A stretch of 64,000 bases of DNA, taken from assembly GCA_044221725.1 (NCBI GenBank), contig JBGAON010000005.1:269344-333343 (forward strand), written 5' to 3'. The translations under genes and the position numbers were made by a program. Positions 10,685 to 20,038 of this stretch are shown here, piece by piece. The stretch's first letter is position 1, and every line of letters starts with the position of its first letter. Source of the stretch: Elusimicrobiota bacterium (GTDB taxonomy: Bacteria; Elusimicrobiota; Elusimicrobia; F11). The notes beneath the pieces were generated by a model that was not told the origin of the DNA, ran no database searches, and saw nothing but the letters and a program-made list of their open reading frames with translations.

Positions 10685-10936
10685 ATGATCAATTATCTTC
10701 TTCTCGCGATTATCTTCTTCTTGCTCGGCATTATTGGCTGGTTTCTGTGGAAATCCGGATTCTTATTCGATGCGGAGACGCCAACGTCAATTATCGACAA
10801 ACCTGTCATGGACGCGAAGGAACGAAAGGCGTTTATGAAGCGACTGAAAAGGTGGCGCGCCGAGGGGAAAGTAACCTTGGCAGAGTTTGAAACAATTTTG
10901 AGATTGTGCGACGAAGAGTGGGACGCGCCTAGTTAG
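10685..10936 (+). CDS. Small single-TM hypothetical protein
   Basis: N-terminal hydrophobic helix; co-oriented end of the operon. Confidence 0.65.
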   Translation: MINYLLLAIIFFLLGIIGWFLWKSGFLFDAETPTSIIDKPVMDAKERKAFMKRLKRWRAEGKVTLAEFETILRLCDEEWDAPS

Positions 10937-12062
10937 CCAATTCCATCCATTTGTTGACAGCTTCTTCCGCGAGCTCCGCCGTTCCCGGGCTCGGATAGTG
11001 ATGCTTCTCGGTGACGTCGCGCAGTGCAATGCCCGCCCGCATCAATAGGTCAAAGTAAAGCACGAGCGCGTCGGCACCCTTTCCATAGATATGGGCGCCC
11101 AGCAACTCGGTCGTCTTCTTGCGTCCGACCAATTTGATGATGCCGCGTTCGTTTGAAACCGTCACCGCAATTGCGTCGCGAAATTTCGTTTTCGCGTCAC
11201 GCTCGAGCAATCCAATTCGCGCGAGCGGTGGATCAAACGGCAAAATCGACGGCACGGCTTCCGGAAACATTTTCTGGCGATTGAAGAACGGGGCGAGAAT
11301 ATTTTCCGCCACCAGCTGCGCCTGATAGTCTTCGTACGCGAGATTGAAATATGGCCCAAGCACCGGTCCCAACGCGTGAACCCGCGTGTTCGATGTGCGC
11401 AATTCGCTGTCCACAACCACTCGCACTTCCGGATGGACGTACACGCGCGCTTTGTCCAATCCAAAACCGACCACGTTCGGCTGAATGCCGGTGGCGAGAA
11501 CGGTCGCTTCGCTTTCTGCCGATTGTTTCACGTTCTCGATGCGCACGTTTAGGCTGCGCAAGTCCTCGGTGACACGTTGAGCCAATTCCGGCTCTTCGCG
11601 ATGAAGAATAAGGTCACGGTTTGATAGCACGGTCACGCCCGCGCCGCGTCGCGCCAAATGAAACGTGAGTCCAATGCCGACCGGTCCGGCTCCCACCACG
11701 GTGACCGTGCGCGGCGGCGTGCCTTCGAGCGCCTGGAAGGGAGACAAGCTTTTCCATCCGGCGTATTCGACCGGAAGTTTCGGCTCGCTGCCCGACGCCA
11801 GGACATAATGCGCCGCTTGGATTTCTTCCCCGCCCGTGCGAAGCGTCTTCGTATCAACAAAACGCGGAGTGTCCGTTGTGGTCGCCGGCATGCGCACCGA
11901 CGGTTTGCCCGTGGAAAGGGATTCCACAATGTTTCGGAAGTAATCTTCGGGCGCGCCGGGCAACGGAATGAGCAGGACGTCTTTTTTTTGGGCGCGCAGT
12001 TTGTCGGCAATCGTTTGAGCGGCACGGCCGCTTCCAAGGATCGCAACATCGGTCTTTTTCAT
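10929..12062 (-). CDS. Pyridine nucleotide-disulfide oxidoreductase-like flavoprotein, lacking the redox CxxxxC
   Basis: ILGSGRAA FAD motif, LASGSEP, VVGAGPVG NAD motif, LATGIQPN, LLGAHIYG interface domain. Confidence 0.75.
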   Translation of the reverse strand: MKKTDVAILGSGRAAQTIADKLRAQKKDVLLIPLPGAPEDYFRNIVESLSTGKPSVRMPATTTDTPRFVDTKTLRTGGEEIQAAHYVLASGSEPKLPVEYAGWKSLSPFQALEGTPPRTVTVVGAGPVGIGLTFHLARRGAGVTVLSNRDLILHREEPELAQRVTEDLRSLNVRIENVKQSAESEATVLATGIQPNVVGFGLDKARVYVHPEVRVVVDSELRTSNTRVHALGPVLGPYFNLAYEDYQAQLVAENILAPFFNRQKMFPEAVPSILPFDPPLARIGLLERDAKTKFRDAIAVTVSNERGIIKLVGRKKTTELLGAHIYGKGADALVLYFDLLMRAGIALRDVTEKHHYPSPGTAELAEEAVNKWMELAN

Positions 12063-12132
12063 GGATGAGGATCGTATCACATGCACATGCGCATGCAAAT
12101 TTGCTAACACTGGCGCCTTCGTAAACATATCT

Positions 12133-13362
12133 ATGAAAACATCTCCTAAAAAAATCGTTTTGGCTTACTCTGGCGGGCTTGATACGTCGGTCATCTTGAC
12201 CTGGTTAAAAGAGGAATACGAGTGCGACGTCGTTGCCTGTTACGTGGATGTCGGACAACCGCGAAAAAACCTGGCGGGCGAACGCGAAGACCGCGAAGCG
12301 ATCCGCAAAAAAGCGTTTCGAACCGGCGCTTCGGATTTCTTCGCGCCCGACGTTTCAAACGAATACGTTACCGATTACTTGTGGCCGGCGCTGCAGGCCC
12401 ACGCCACTTACGAACACAAATATTTGCTCGGCACCGCGCTCGCGCGTCCGCTGATTGCTCAGAAAGTTGTTGAAGTCGCGCGCAAGGTGAAAGCCGACGC
12501 GGTTTGCCATGGTGCGACCGGCAAAGGCAACGATCAGGTGCGTTTCGAGTTAACCTTTGCGGCGCTTGCGCCCGACCTGCAAATTATTGCGCCGTGGCGC
12601 ACGTGGAATTTCAAGGGCCGTGAAGATCTGCTCGATTTTGCAGCCCGTCACAACATTCCGGTCCCTGTGTCGAAAAAGCGTCCGTACTCGAGCGACGCAA
12701 ACCTTTGGCACATTTCACACGAAGGTGGAATCCTCGAAGAACTCGACAAGCCGGTGCCGGAAGATGTGTACGCGTGGACCGTGTCTCCGGAAAAAGCGCC
12801 ATCCAAGCCACAGGATGTGACCATTGGATTCGTGCGCGGCATTCCGATCACATTGAACGGCAAAAAGATTTCTCCGGTCGACATGGTGGTGACACTCAAC
12901 AAGCTTGGCGGCCAGCACGGCGTCGGTCGCGTTGACCTTGTTGAAAACAGGCTCGTCGGCCTCAAGTCACGCGGCGTTTACGAATGCCCGGCCGCAACAA
13001 TTCTGTACACGGCACACCGCGAATTGGAAACGCTTGCGCTCGATCGTGAGACGCTGCATTACAAGGAACAGATTGGTCCCAAGTTTGGCGAGATGACCTA
13101 TTACGGTCAGTGGTTCACGCCGCTGCGCAAGTCGCTGCAAGATTTCGTGGCCATGACGCAGAAAAACGTGACCGGCGAAGTAAAGCTGCGTCTGTACAAA
13201 GGAAACTTGGAAATCCGTTCACGCAAATGCGTGAAATCACTTTATTCTCAAGATTGGGTTACGTTTGAAGCCGATAGCTTCTACAACCAGGCCGACGCGA
13301 CGGGCTTTATTCGCTTGTTCGGTTTGCCCATCAAAATGCAGGCGCTGCTCCACCGGTCATGA
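12133..13362 (+). CDS. argG: Argininosuccinate synthase
   Basis: LAYSGGLDTS, HGATGKGNDQVRFE, ENRLVGLKSRGVYE. Confidence 0.98.
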   Translation: MKTSPKKIVLAYSGGLDTSVILTWLKEEYECDVVACYVDVGQPRKNLAGEREDREAIRKKAFRTGASDFFAPDVSNEYVTDYLWPALQAHATYEHKYLLGTALARPLIAQKVVEVARKVKADAVCHGATGKGNDQVRFELTFAALAPDLQIIAPWRTWNFKGREDLLDFAARHNIPVPVSKKRPYSSDANLWHISHEGGILEELDKPVPEDVYAWTVSPEKAPSKPQDVTIGFVRGIPITLNGKKISPVDMVVTLNKLGGQHGVGRVDLVENRLVGLKSRGVYECPAATILYTAHRELETLALDRETLHYKEQIGPKFGEMTYYGQWFTPLRKSLQDFVAMTQKNVTGEVKLRLYKGNLEIRSRKCVKSLYSQDWVTFEADSFYNQADATGFIRLFGLPIKMQALLHRS

Positions 13363-14711
13363 GTTCGGCCAGCTGGTCCGACGTCTCCGCTCCCCAAAAA
13401 TTCATCGAATCCTTTTCGTACGATGTGCGTCTTGCGCCGTACGATATTCAAGGCTCGATCGCGCACGCGACGATGCTGGGCCGAAAGAAAATTATTCCAC
13501 CGGCGCTCGCCAAAAAAATTGTGCGGGGACTCGAATCCATCCTTCGTGACTTGAACCGCGGGTGGCGCCTTCCTGTGGAAGAGGATATTCATTTTGCTAT
13601 GGAACGCGAACTCATCAGGCGCTTGGGTCCTTCGGGCGGCGCGTTGCACACGGGTCGTTCGCGCAACGATCAGGTCATTACGGACCTTTATCTTTATCTG
13701 CGCGATCATATCGATATGGTGGTAAAGGAAATTTCGCGCGTTCAAGTGGGAATTCTTACGGTGGCTCAGCGCTACCAGGACGCGGTGATGCCGGGCTTCA
13801 CGCATCTGCAACACGCCCAGCCGGTGCTTTTCGCGCATCATGTGCTCGCCTATGCGTGGATGCTCGAGCGCGACAAAGGCCGCTTTTTGGACGCCCGCAA
13901 ACGCCTCGAAGCGTTGCCGTTGGGATCGGCCGCTCTCGCGGGCACGTCGTTTCCCATCGATCGGGCGTTCGTGGCCAAACAGTTGGGTTTTAAAACGCTC
14001 AGCGAAAATTCCATCGATGCAACGGCGAGCCGCGACGGTGTTGTGGAATTTGTGTCGGCTTGCGCTATTTTGATGTCCAACTTGTCGCGCATGGCCGAAG
14101 AGCTGGTCATCTGGTCGAGCTCCGAATTTTCATTTATCGAACTCATTGCCGAATTTACCTCGGGATCTTCGATCATGCCGCAGAAGCGAAACCCGGACGT
14201 CGCCGAAATTGTGCGCGGCGAAACGGGCCGCGTGTACGGATCGCTCGTGGCGCTTCTCACAATTTTGAAAGGCCTGCCGCTCAGCTACAACCGCGATCTT
14301 CAGGAAGACAAGCCGCCGTTGTTTGACGCGATCGACACGGTCATGGGCTGTTTGTCGGTGATGGCGCCCATGATGGGCACGATGAAAGTGAATGTCGCGA
14401 CGCTAAAACACTGGTGCGACTATGGATTTCTTGCGGCGACCGAGCTTGCGGATTTCCTTGCGGAGCGCGGCGTTCCGTTTCGAACCGCGCACGGCGTTGT
14501 TCGCAAGCTGGTGGCCTATTGTCAGAGCAAGGGCGTTCGACTGGACCGTTTGTCGTTGTCCGAATTGCAACAATTTCATCCGAAATTTGATGCGCACGCG
14601 TTGGATTTGTTGGCGCCGGAAAAAGTGGTGCGCGCAAAAACCTCCTATGGCGGCACATCGCCGGCGAGTGTTGCCCGTCAGATTTCAAAACTCAAAAAAC
14701 TCATCAAGTAA
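13359..14711 (+). CDS. argH: Argininosuccinate lyase
   Basis: HTGRSRNDQ, MPGFTHLQHAQP, GSSIMPQKRNPD, YNRDLQEDK. Confidence 0.98.
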   Translation: MSSASWSDVSAPQKFIESFSYDVRLAPYDIQGSIAHATMLGRKKIIPPALAKKIVRGLESILRDLNRGWRLPVEEDIHFAMERELIRRLGPSGGALHTGRSRNDQVITDLYLYLRDHIDMVVKEISRVQVGILTVAQRYQDAVMPGFTHLQHAQPVLFAHHVLAYAWMLERDKGRFLDARKRLEALPLGSAALAGTSFPIDRAFVAKQLGFKTLSENSIDATASRDGVVEFVSACAILMSNLSRMAEELVIWSSSEFSFIELIAEFTSGSSIMPQKRNPDVAEIVRGETGRVYGSLVALLTILKGLPLSYNRDLQEDKPPLFDAIDTVMGCLSVMAPMMGTMKVNVATLKHWCDYGFLAATELADFLAERGVPFRTAHGVVRKLVAYCQSKGVRLDRLSLSELQQFHPKFDAHALDLLAPEKVVRAKTSYGGTSPASVARQISKLKKLIK

Positions 14712-14715
14712 CACC

Positions 14716-16020
14716 GTGCGCAAAGTAATCTTGGCCCTTAGTTTGATGTTGCCCGCCGCGAGTTTGGCCGAGGAACGTCTCACGTTGGCCACGAGCCTCG
14801 AACGCGCGCGCGCGAACAACCCGAAGATGTTGCTCGCGTCAAAAGAACTCTCCATCGCCAAGATGCAACTGCGCCAAGCCAAATCGCAGTACTACCCAAA
14901 AGTAAATTTAAATTTGGACTACGTGCGTTACCGAAACGAAACGCTCGGAATCACAGGGCCCGAGCTCGGAAACGTTATCCTCGAAGCACCGATCGCCGCG
15001 AACAAAGGCGAAGAGCGTGGCAACCCGCTCGCGAAGAACTTGTACCTCGGGCGCATCGGATTCTTGCAGACGTTGTATTCGGGCGGAAAGATCAACACCA
15101 CGTATCGCCTTTCACAGGCCAGTGTCCGACGCGCTGAAAGTTCCATCGAAACTATTCGCGCGGATGTGCAGTTCGAAACAACGCAGCTTTTCTACCGCCT
15201 TGTGGCGCTGCGCGATCAAAAGAAGATTTTCAACAACGAGCTCCTGGAGATCGACAAACTTGCGAAACAGGCCACCGGCGCGCACGCGCAGCTCCAGTTG
15301 GCTGCCGCCGAAGCCAACGTTCAAAAAAAGTTGAGCGACTTGAAACAAGAAGAGCAAACCGTTCGCTACCGCTACTTGCAGTCGATGGGACTTGAGCTGT
15401 TTACCGACGTGCAAGTTGAAGGCGAGCTAACGTTGTCGCCGGCGATCCCCGATTTGCAAACGGTGCTCGTGTGGGCCAAACAAAACCGAACGGAACTGAA
15501 AGAGACGCAAATTCAAGAAGAAGTGGACCAGCTTTCGGTGGAATTGTCGCGATCCGAGCGTTATCCGGTGTTTTTGTGGGGCGGCGGATACGAAGTACGA
15601 AACGAAGATTTCCCGTTGAAAGACACGAACTGGAATACGGCGCTTACAATGAACATTCCCATTTTTGATGGTTTCTCCGGGTACGCGCGTGTCAAAGAAA
15701 GTCGTTATCGCGCGGACCAGGGGCGACTCAAGCGTGTTCAACTTGAAGACCAAGTTGAAATTGAAGTTCGCACGGCGCATACCGATTGGCAGCACTGGAA
15801 AAATGAAATCGATTCGCGCCAAAAACAACTGGCCATGTTTGAGAAACTTCGACGCGAAGCTTTTGGTGGGAAGGATCGGGTGGGTGGCTCGACCGGTGAG
15901 CGCATTGAATACTTGAGCTGGCGGGCGGATTCAAGCGCGGGATTGGTCGAAGCGCAGTACCAACTTTGCGCCGCCGAAGCCCGACTGTCAAAAGCCGTTG
16001 GTCGTCCCATTAATCAATGA
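14716..16020 (+). CDS. TolC-family outer membrane protein
   Basis: Signal peptide from GTG 14716, LTLATSLERARANNP, YYPKVNL, NIPIFDG. Confidence 0.85.
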   Translation: MRKVILALSLMLPAASLAEERLTLATSLERARANNPKMLLASKELSIAKMQLRQAKSQYYPKVNLNLDYVRYRNETLGITGPELGNVILEAPIAANKGEERGNPLAKNLYLGRIGFLQTLYSGGKINTTYRLSQASVRRAESSIETIRADVQFETTQLFYRLVALRDQKKIFNNELLEIDKLAKQATGAHAQLQLAAAEANVQKKLSDLKQEEQTVRYRYLQSMGLELFTDVQVEGELTLSPAIPDLQTVLVWAKQNRTELKETQIQEEVDQLSVELSRSERYPVFLWGGGYEVRNEDFPLKDTNWNTALTMNIPIFDGFSGYARVKESRYRADQGRLKRVQLEDQVEIEVRTAHTDWQHWKNEIDSRQKQLAMFEKLRREAFGGKDRVGGSTGERIEYLSWRADSSAGLVEAQYQLCAAEARLSKAVGRPINQ

Positions 16021-16973
16021 AATTTCTTACCCGAGCATTGCTCGTTGCATCGCTGGTCGTCGGCAAAGCGGCCTTTGCTTTCGACTTCCCGACCGATGTT
16101 TCTGAAAAAAGATTCGCGACCGAGGTTCTCTGGAAGGGATTTCAGGGACTTAAGGTCGACGAGCGCCCCCGCGTCATTCTCGTGCTGGGCGGCGGTGGGG
16201 CCAAAGGTTTGGCGCACATCGGAGTGCTCCGCGTGCTGCGCGAAGAACACATTCCGGTGGATGAGGTGGTGGGGGTTTCGGTTGGTGCGTTGATCGGTTC
16301 GCTCACCGCGGCCGGTGTGACCGATATGGAACTCGAAACCATGGCCAACGAAATCGGCTGGAACAATTTAACGGCCACCTCCAAGGCATCCGCCGTGCGC
16401 ATGATTCTGAACGACGAATTGCTTTCGACGCAGGGCATGGAAGATTATTTGAGAAAACGGATTGGCGACAAAACCTTTAAAGACTTGCCGATTCCGTTTT
16501 CTTGCGTGGCGACCGATCTGCGCACCGGCGAAAAAATTGTGTTGCAAGAAGGATCGGTGGCGTTTGCCGCTCGTGCGAGCGCGACGATTCCCGGTTTGTT
16601 TCAACCGGTGCCGTTTCGGCAGCGGCTGCTCGTCGATGGCGGACTGGTCGATAATCTGCCGACGGATATTGTACCGAGAAAAAATGATTGGGACGTGGTG
16701 CTCGCCGTTCATCCGAAAGTCGAAAAACTTGCCGGCGATAAACTGACCGTTTTTAAGTCGCTCGTGCGCGCGATTGAAATTCAGGGCGGCGTGATCACGC
16801 AAGCGGGCAAGAAATCCGCTGACTTCGTGATTGAGCCGGAGGTTGGCGATGTTGGAATCGCCGATTTGCGGCGGTCGCGCGAGTGCATTGAGGCGGGGAC
16901 GTTGGCGGCGCACAAGTCGGTGTTGGCGCTCAAGCAGCTTTTGTTGAGTCGGCAGCGGGGGGTAAGGAAATGA
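16017..16973 (+). CDS. Patatin-like phospholipase with signal peptide
   Basis: GGGGAKGLAHIG, GVSVG nucleophile elbow, DGG. Confidence 0.93.
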   Translation: MKFLTRALLVASLVVGKAAFAFDFPTDVSEKRFATEVLWKGFQGLKVDERPRVILVLGGGGAKGLAHIGVLRVLREEHIPVDEVVGVSVGALIGSLTAAGVTDMELETMANEIGWNNLTATSKASAVRMILNDELLSTQGMEDYLRKRIGDKTFKDLPIPFSCVATDLRTGEKIVLQEGSVAFAARASATIPGLFQPVPFRQRLLVDGGLVDNLPTDIVPRKNDWDVVLAVHPKVEKLAGDKLTVFKSLVRAIEIQGGVITQAGKKSADFVIEPEVGDVGIADLRRSRECIEAGTLAAHKSVLALKQLLLSRQRGVRK

Positions 16974-17791
16974 GAATGAATTATTCCCCTCACCCTGCCC
17001 TCTCCCCGCTGACGCGGAGAGAGGGATTCGCGTTCGTTTGGGTCTATTTGATTTTTCTTTTTGCAGCGGCTTCAGTTTTCGCGGCGCCGCAGGATTCAGG
17101 GATGAATCTATATAAGCAGGGGAAATTTCCCGAGGCGGCGCAGGCATTTGAAGATGCACTGCAAAAAAGCACGACGCGCGGAGAGCGTCGCGTTATTTAC
17201 CTTTATATGGGCAAAAGCTATTTGTCGGCCGGTCGGCTCGACAAGGCGATCTCCGCCTACGAGCAAGCGCTGGATTACGACCCGCGTAATTGGCGTCGAC
17301 ATGGCGATCTGGCCGGGCTTTACGAACAGGCCGAACTTTATTGGAAAGCGGTCAACCTGTACAAAAGCGCACTGGCGCTTAACCCCAAAGATCCTTCGCT
17401 TTTTCTGTCGTTGGGCCGAATTTGGCGCAAAATCGGTATTTACGCGTACGCGCTGGCCGCGGTTGACAGCGCCGCTCTGAACGGAGGCCCGAACGACTTC
17501 GTCCAGCAAGAATTGTCACGCATTTACGAGGGACAAGGCCGCTTTCAAGACGCGGCCGCAGCCAGTCTCAAAGGCAACGACGACGCGCGGCGCGTGGTTT
17601 ACCTGGCCGCGCTGGCCGATGACAAGGGATTGCTCGACGAGGGCCTCAAAAAGATGAAGACCGAGCGGGTTTCACCCGAATCGATCCGAACGTACGAAAA
17701 TTTGGTTCAATTGCTCCAGCTCTCGCCACAAGAGATCCTTGCCGGTAAGACCAGCAGCACAACCCTCCAGGAGTTATTGAAGAAACAATGA
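16970..17791 (+). CDS. TPR-repeat protein
   Basis: Repeated TPR helices (YKQGKFPEAAQAFEDAL; AISAYEQALDYDP; ALALNPKD); ATGA overlaps at both ends. Confidence 0.85.
   Translation: MRMNYSPHPALSPLTRREGFAFVWVYLIFLFAAASVFAAPQDSGMNLYKQGKFPEAAQAFEDALQKSTTRGERRVIYLYMGKSYLSAGRLDKAISAYEQALDYDPRNWRRHGDLAGLYEQAELYWKAVNLYKSALALNPKDPSLFLSLGRIWRKIGIYAYALAAVDSAALNGGPNDFVQQELSRIYEGQGRFQDAAAASLKGNDDARRVVYLAALADDKGLLDEGLKKMKTERVSPESIRTYENLVQLLQLSPQEILAGKTSSTTLQELLKKQ
16986..17026. repeat. CCCCTCACCCTGCCCTCTCCC palindromic repeat inside the TPR coding frame
   Basis: Matches the repeat at 21699-21733; read as PHPALSPLTRREG. Confidence 0.7.
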
Positions 17792-19050
17792 AGTCGAAGC
17801 ACGCCGTGTATCGCCGCGGCCAGCTATTTATCGAGAACGTGTCCGTTGCCGACATCGCCAAAAAGGTCGGCACGCCGTTTTATGCCTACACGCGCGCCGG
17901 CATTGAAGATGCCTTGGCGTCCTACGAAACCGCTTTTGCCAGCGTTCCGCACTTGATTTGTTATTCGCTGAAAGCAAATTCCAGCTTGAGCATCGCGCGC
18001 ATATTATCGAAAGCCGGTGGCGGAGTGGACATTGTGTCGGGCGGCGAGCTGCAACGCGCGCTTTTGGCGGGTTTTTCGCCGGACCGGATTATTTTTTCGG
18101 GTGTCGGTAAAACCAAAGATGAGCTGGCTCTCGCCATCAAGAAAGATATTCGGCTCATTAACGTGGAATCCGAAGAAGAACTGCGCGCGTTAAACGACGT
18201 CGCTAACACCTTGCGACGTCCCGCTTATTTTTCGCTGCGCGTAAACCCCGACGTTCGGGCTGGCGGTCACCCGCACATTTCGACGGGCACGCCGAAAAAC
18301 AAATTTGGTGTCTACCACAAAAACATTTTTCCACTGTATCAGTGGGCACAAAAACAAAAGTACTTACGACCAATTGCAATTCAGTCGCATATCGGTTCGC
18401 AAATCACGCGTGTTGCGCCTTACCGCCGTGCGTTGGCCGTTTTGTTGGATTTGGTCGACAACTTGCGCCGCATTGGAATTCGCATGGAAATCCTTGATTT
18501 GGGCGGAGGGCTCGGCGTCACCTACGACAACGAAACGCCGGAGACGCCGTCGCATCTGGCCGATGTGGTGTTACCGGCGCTCAAAGGGCGAGGGTTAACG
18601 CTTTTCTTGGAACCGGGACGCTCAATGGTGGCGCAGTCCGGAATTTTGGTGACCCGTGTTCTTTATCGGAAGCAGGCCGGCACGAAACAATTTGTAATCG
18701 TGGACGCCGCGATGAACGATTTGGCGAGGCCCGCGTTGTACGACGCGTATCACGAAATCATCCCGGTGCGCGAACGCAGCGGTCAGAAAATGGTGGTCGA
18801 CGTGGTGGGGCCCGTGTGCGAATCGAGCGATTACTTCGCGAAAGGGCGCGCGATCGTCATGCCAAACCAAGACGATCTTTTGGCCGTTCTCACCGCCGGT
18901 GCGTATGGGTTTTCAATGAGTTCGCAGTACAACTCGCGGCCGCGGGTGCCCGAGGTGCTTGTTTCGGGATCGCGCATCGACGTGGTTCGGAAACGCGAAA
19001 GTTTTGAGGATCTTATTAGAGGAGAGAGCGTTCCGGCATATTTACGGTAG
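17788..19050 (+). CDS. lysA: Diaminopimelate decarboxylase
   Basis: YSLKANS, DIVSGGEL, HIGSQI, EPGRS, GPVCESSD, YNSRPR. Confidence 0.97.
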   Translation: MKSKHAVYRRGQLFIENVSVADIAKKVGTPFYAYTRAGIEDALASYETAFASVPHLICYSLKANSSLSIARILSKAGGGVDIVSGGELQRALLAGFSPDRIIFSGVGKTKDELALAIKKDIRLINVESEEELRALNDVANTLRRPAYFSLRVNPDVRAGGHPHISTGTPKNKFGVYHKNIFPLYQWAQKQKYLRPIAIQSHIGSQITRVAPYRRALAVLLDLVDNLRRIGIRMEILDLGGGLGVTYDNETPETPSHLADVVLPALKGRGLTLFLEPGRSMVAQSGILVTRVLYRKQAGTKQFVIVDAAMNDLARPALYDAYHEIIPVRERSGQKMVVDVVGPVCESSDYFAKGRAIVMPNQDDLLAVLTAGAYGFSMSSQYNSRPRVPEVLVSGSRIDVVRKRESFEDLIRGESVPAYLR

Positions 19051-19121
19051 TCGCCCTGGAACGTTTTATTCCAGGGCCCATTTAACGTGGATTCTGGATA
19101 GAGACATTCCAGAATGACGAC
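19050..19121. repeat. REP-like hairpin pair
   Basis: CCCTGGAA...TTCCAGGG and ATTCTGGATAGAGACATTCCAGAATGACGAC; the latter is an inverted copy of 19971-20001. Confidence 0.65.
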
Positions 19122-19132
19122 CAGACACCCAA

Positions 19133-19957
19133 ATGAAAAAAATTCCATTTATAAAAATGCACGGGGCAGGGAACGACTTTGTGTTTCTGTCGCGCGATAA
19201 TTACAAGGGTGCGGTGACGCCGAAATTGGCGGAACGGTTGCTGGACCGGCACTTTGGTGTTGGCGGTGACCAACTTCTGTTGTTGTCGTCCGTGAAAACC
19301 GGGCAAGCGCCGCGGCTTGATTTCTTTAACTCGGACGGCTCCCGTGCCGAGATGTGCGGCAATGGTACGCGTGCCGTGGCCGCGTATCTGCGGGATCAAA
19401 AAGGGTTTCGCAGAGCGTTTCAAATCCGAACCCAAACGCGCATGATTGGTATTGGCTTTGCCGGCAAGAAGCTCGAAGTGGATATGGGCCATCCGATCTG
19501 GGACGGCCGTAAAATTCCAGTCAATGCCGACGGACCTGTTATCGGAAGAAAATTGAAAGTGGGCACCGAAACGTTCACGATCCACTGCGTTTCGATGGGG
19601 AATCCGCACTGCGTAATCTTTGTGAAAGACGTCGCAAAATTTCCGGTTCGCGAGATCGGTCCGCAAATCGAAAACCATTCGTTTTTTCCAAAACGCGTAA
19701 ACGTTGAATTTGTCGAAGTGAAAAGCGGCACGCGTGTGAAAGCGCGTGTGTGGGAACGCGGCGCCGGCGAAACTCTTGCCTGTGGAACCGGTGCTTGCGC
19801 GATTGGCGTCGTCGCTGCTCGCACCGGCAAAACCGCGCGCAACACAAAAATCGATTTGCCGGGCGGTGAACTGGGAGTTCGTTGGGGAAACGACGATCGC
19901 GTTTATCTGACCGGGCCGACCGAAGTCACGTACGCCGGAAATTTTTTACTGAAATAA
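19133..19957 (+). CDS. dapF: Diaminopimelate epimerase
   Basis: KMHGAGNDF, EMCGNG, SMGNPH, ERGAGETLACGTG. Confidence 0.98.
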   Translation: MKKIPFIKMHGAGNDFVFLSRDNYKGAVTPKLAERLLDRHFGVGGDQLLLLSSVKTGQAPRLDFFNSDGSRAEMCGNGTRAVAAYLRDQKGFRRAFQIRTQTRMIGIGFAGKKLEVDMGHPIWDGRKIPVNADGPVIGRKLKVGTETFTIHCVSMGNPHCVIFVKDVAKFPVREIGPQIENHSFFPKRVNVEFVEVKSGTRVKARVWERGAGETLACGTGACAIGVVAARTGKTARNTKIDLPGGELGVRWGNDDRVYLTGPTEVTYAGNFLLK

Positions 19958-19970
19958 AGTCGTCATCGTG

Positions 19971-20006
19971 GTCGTCACCCTGGAATGTCTCTATCCAGGA
20001 TGACGA
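19971..20006. repeat. REP-like hairpin
   Basis: GTCGTCACCCTGGAATGTCTCTATCCAGGATGACGA; near-identical to the reverse complement of 19091-19121. Confidence 0.65.
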
Positions 20007-20038
20007 AATTACGCGAGGGCGACAGATTTGGAGGGGAT

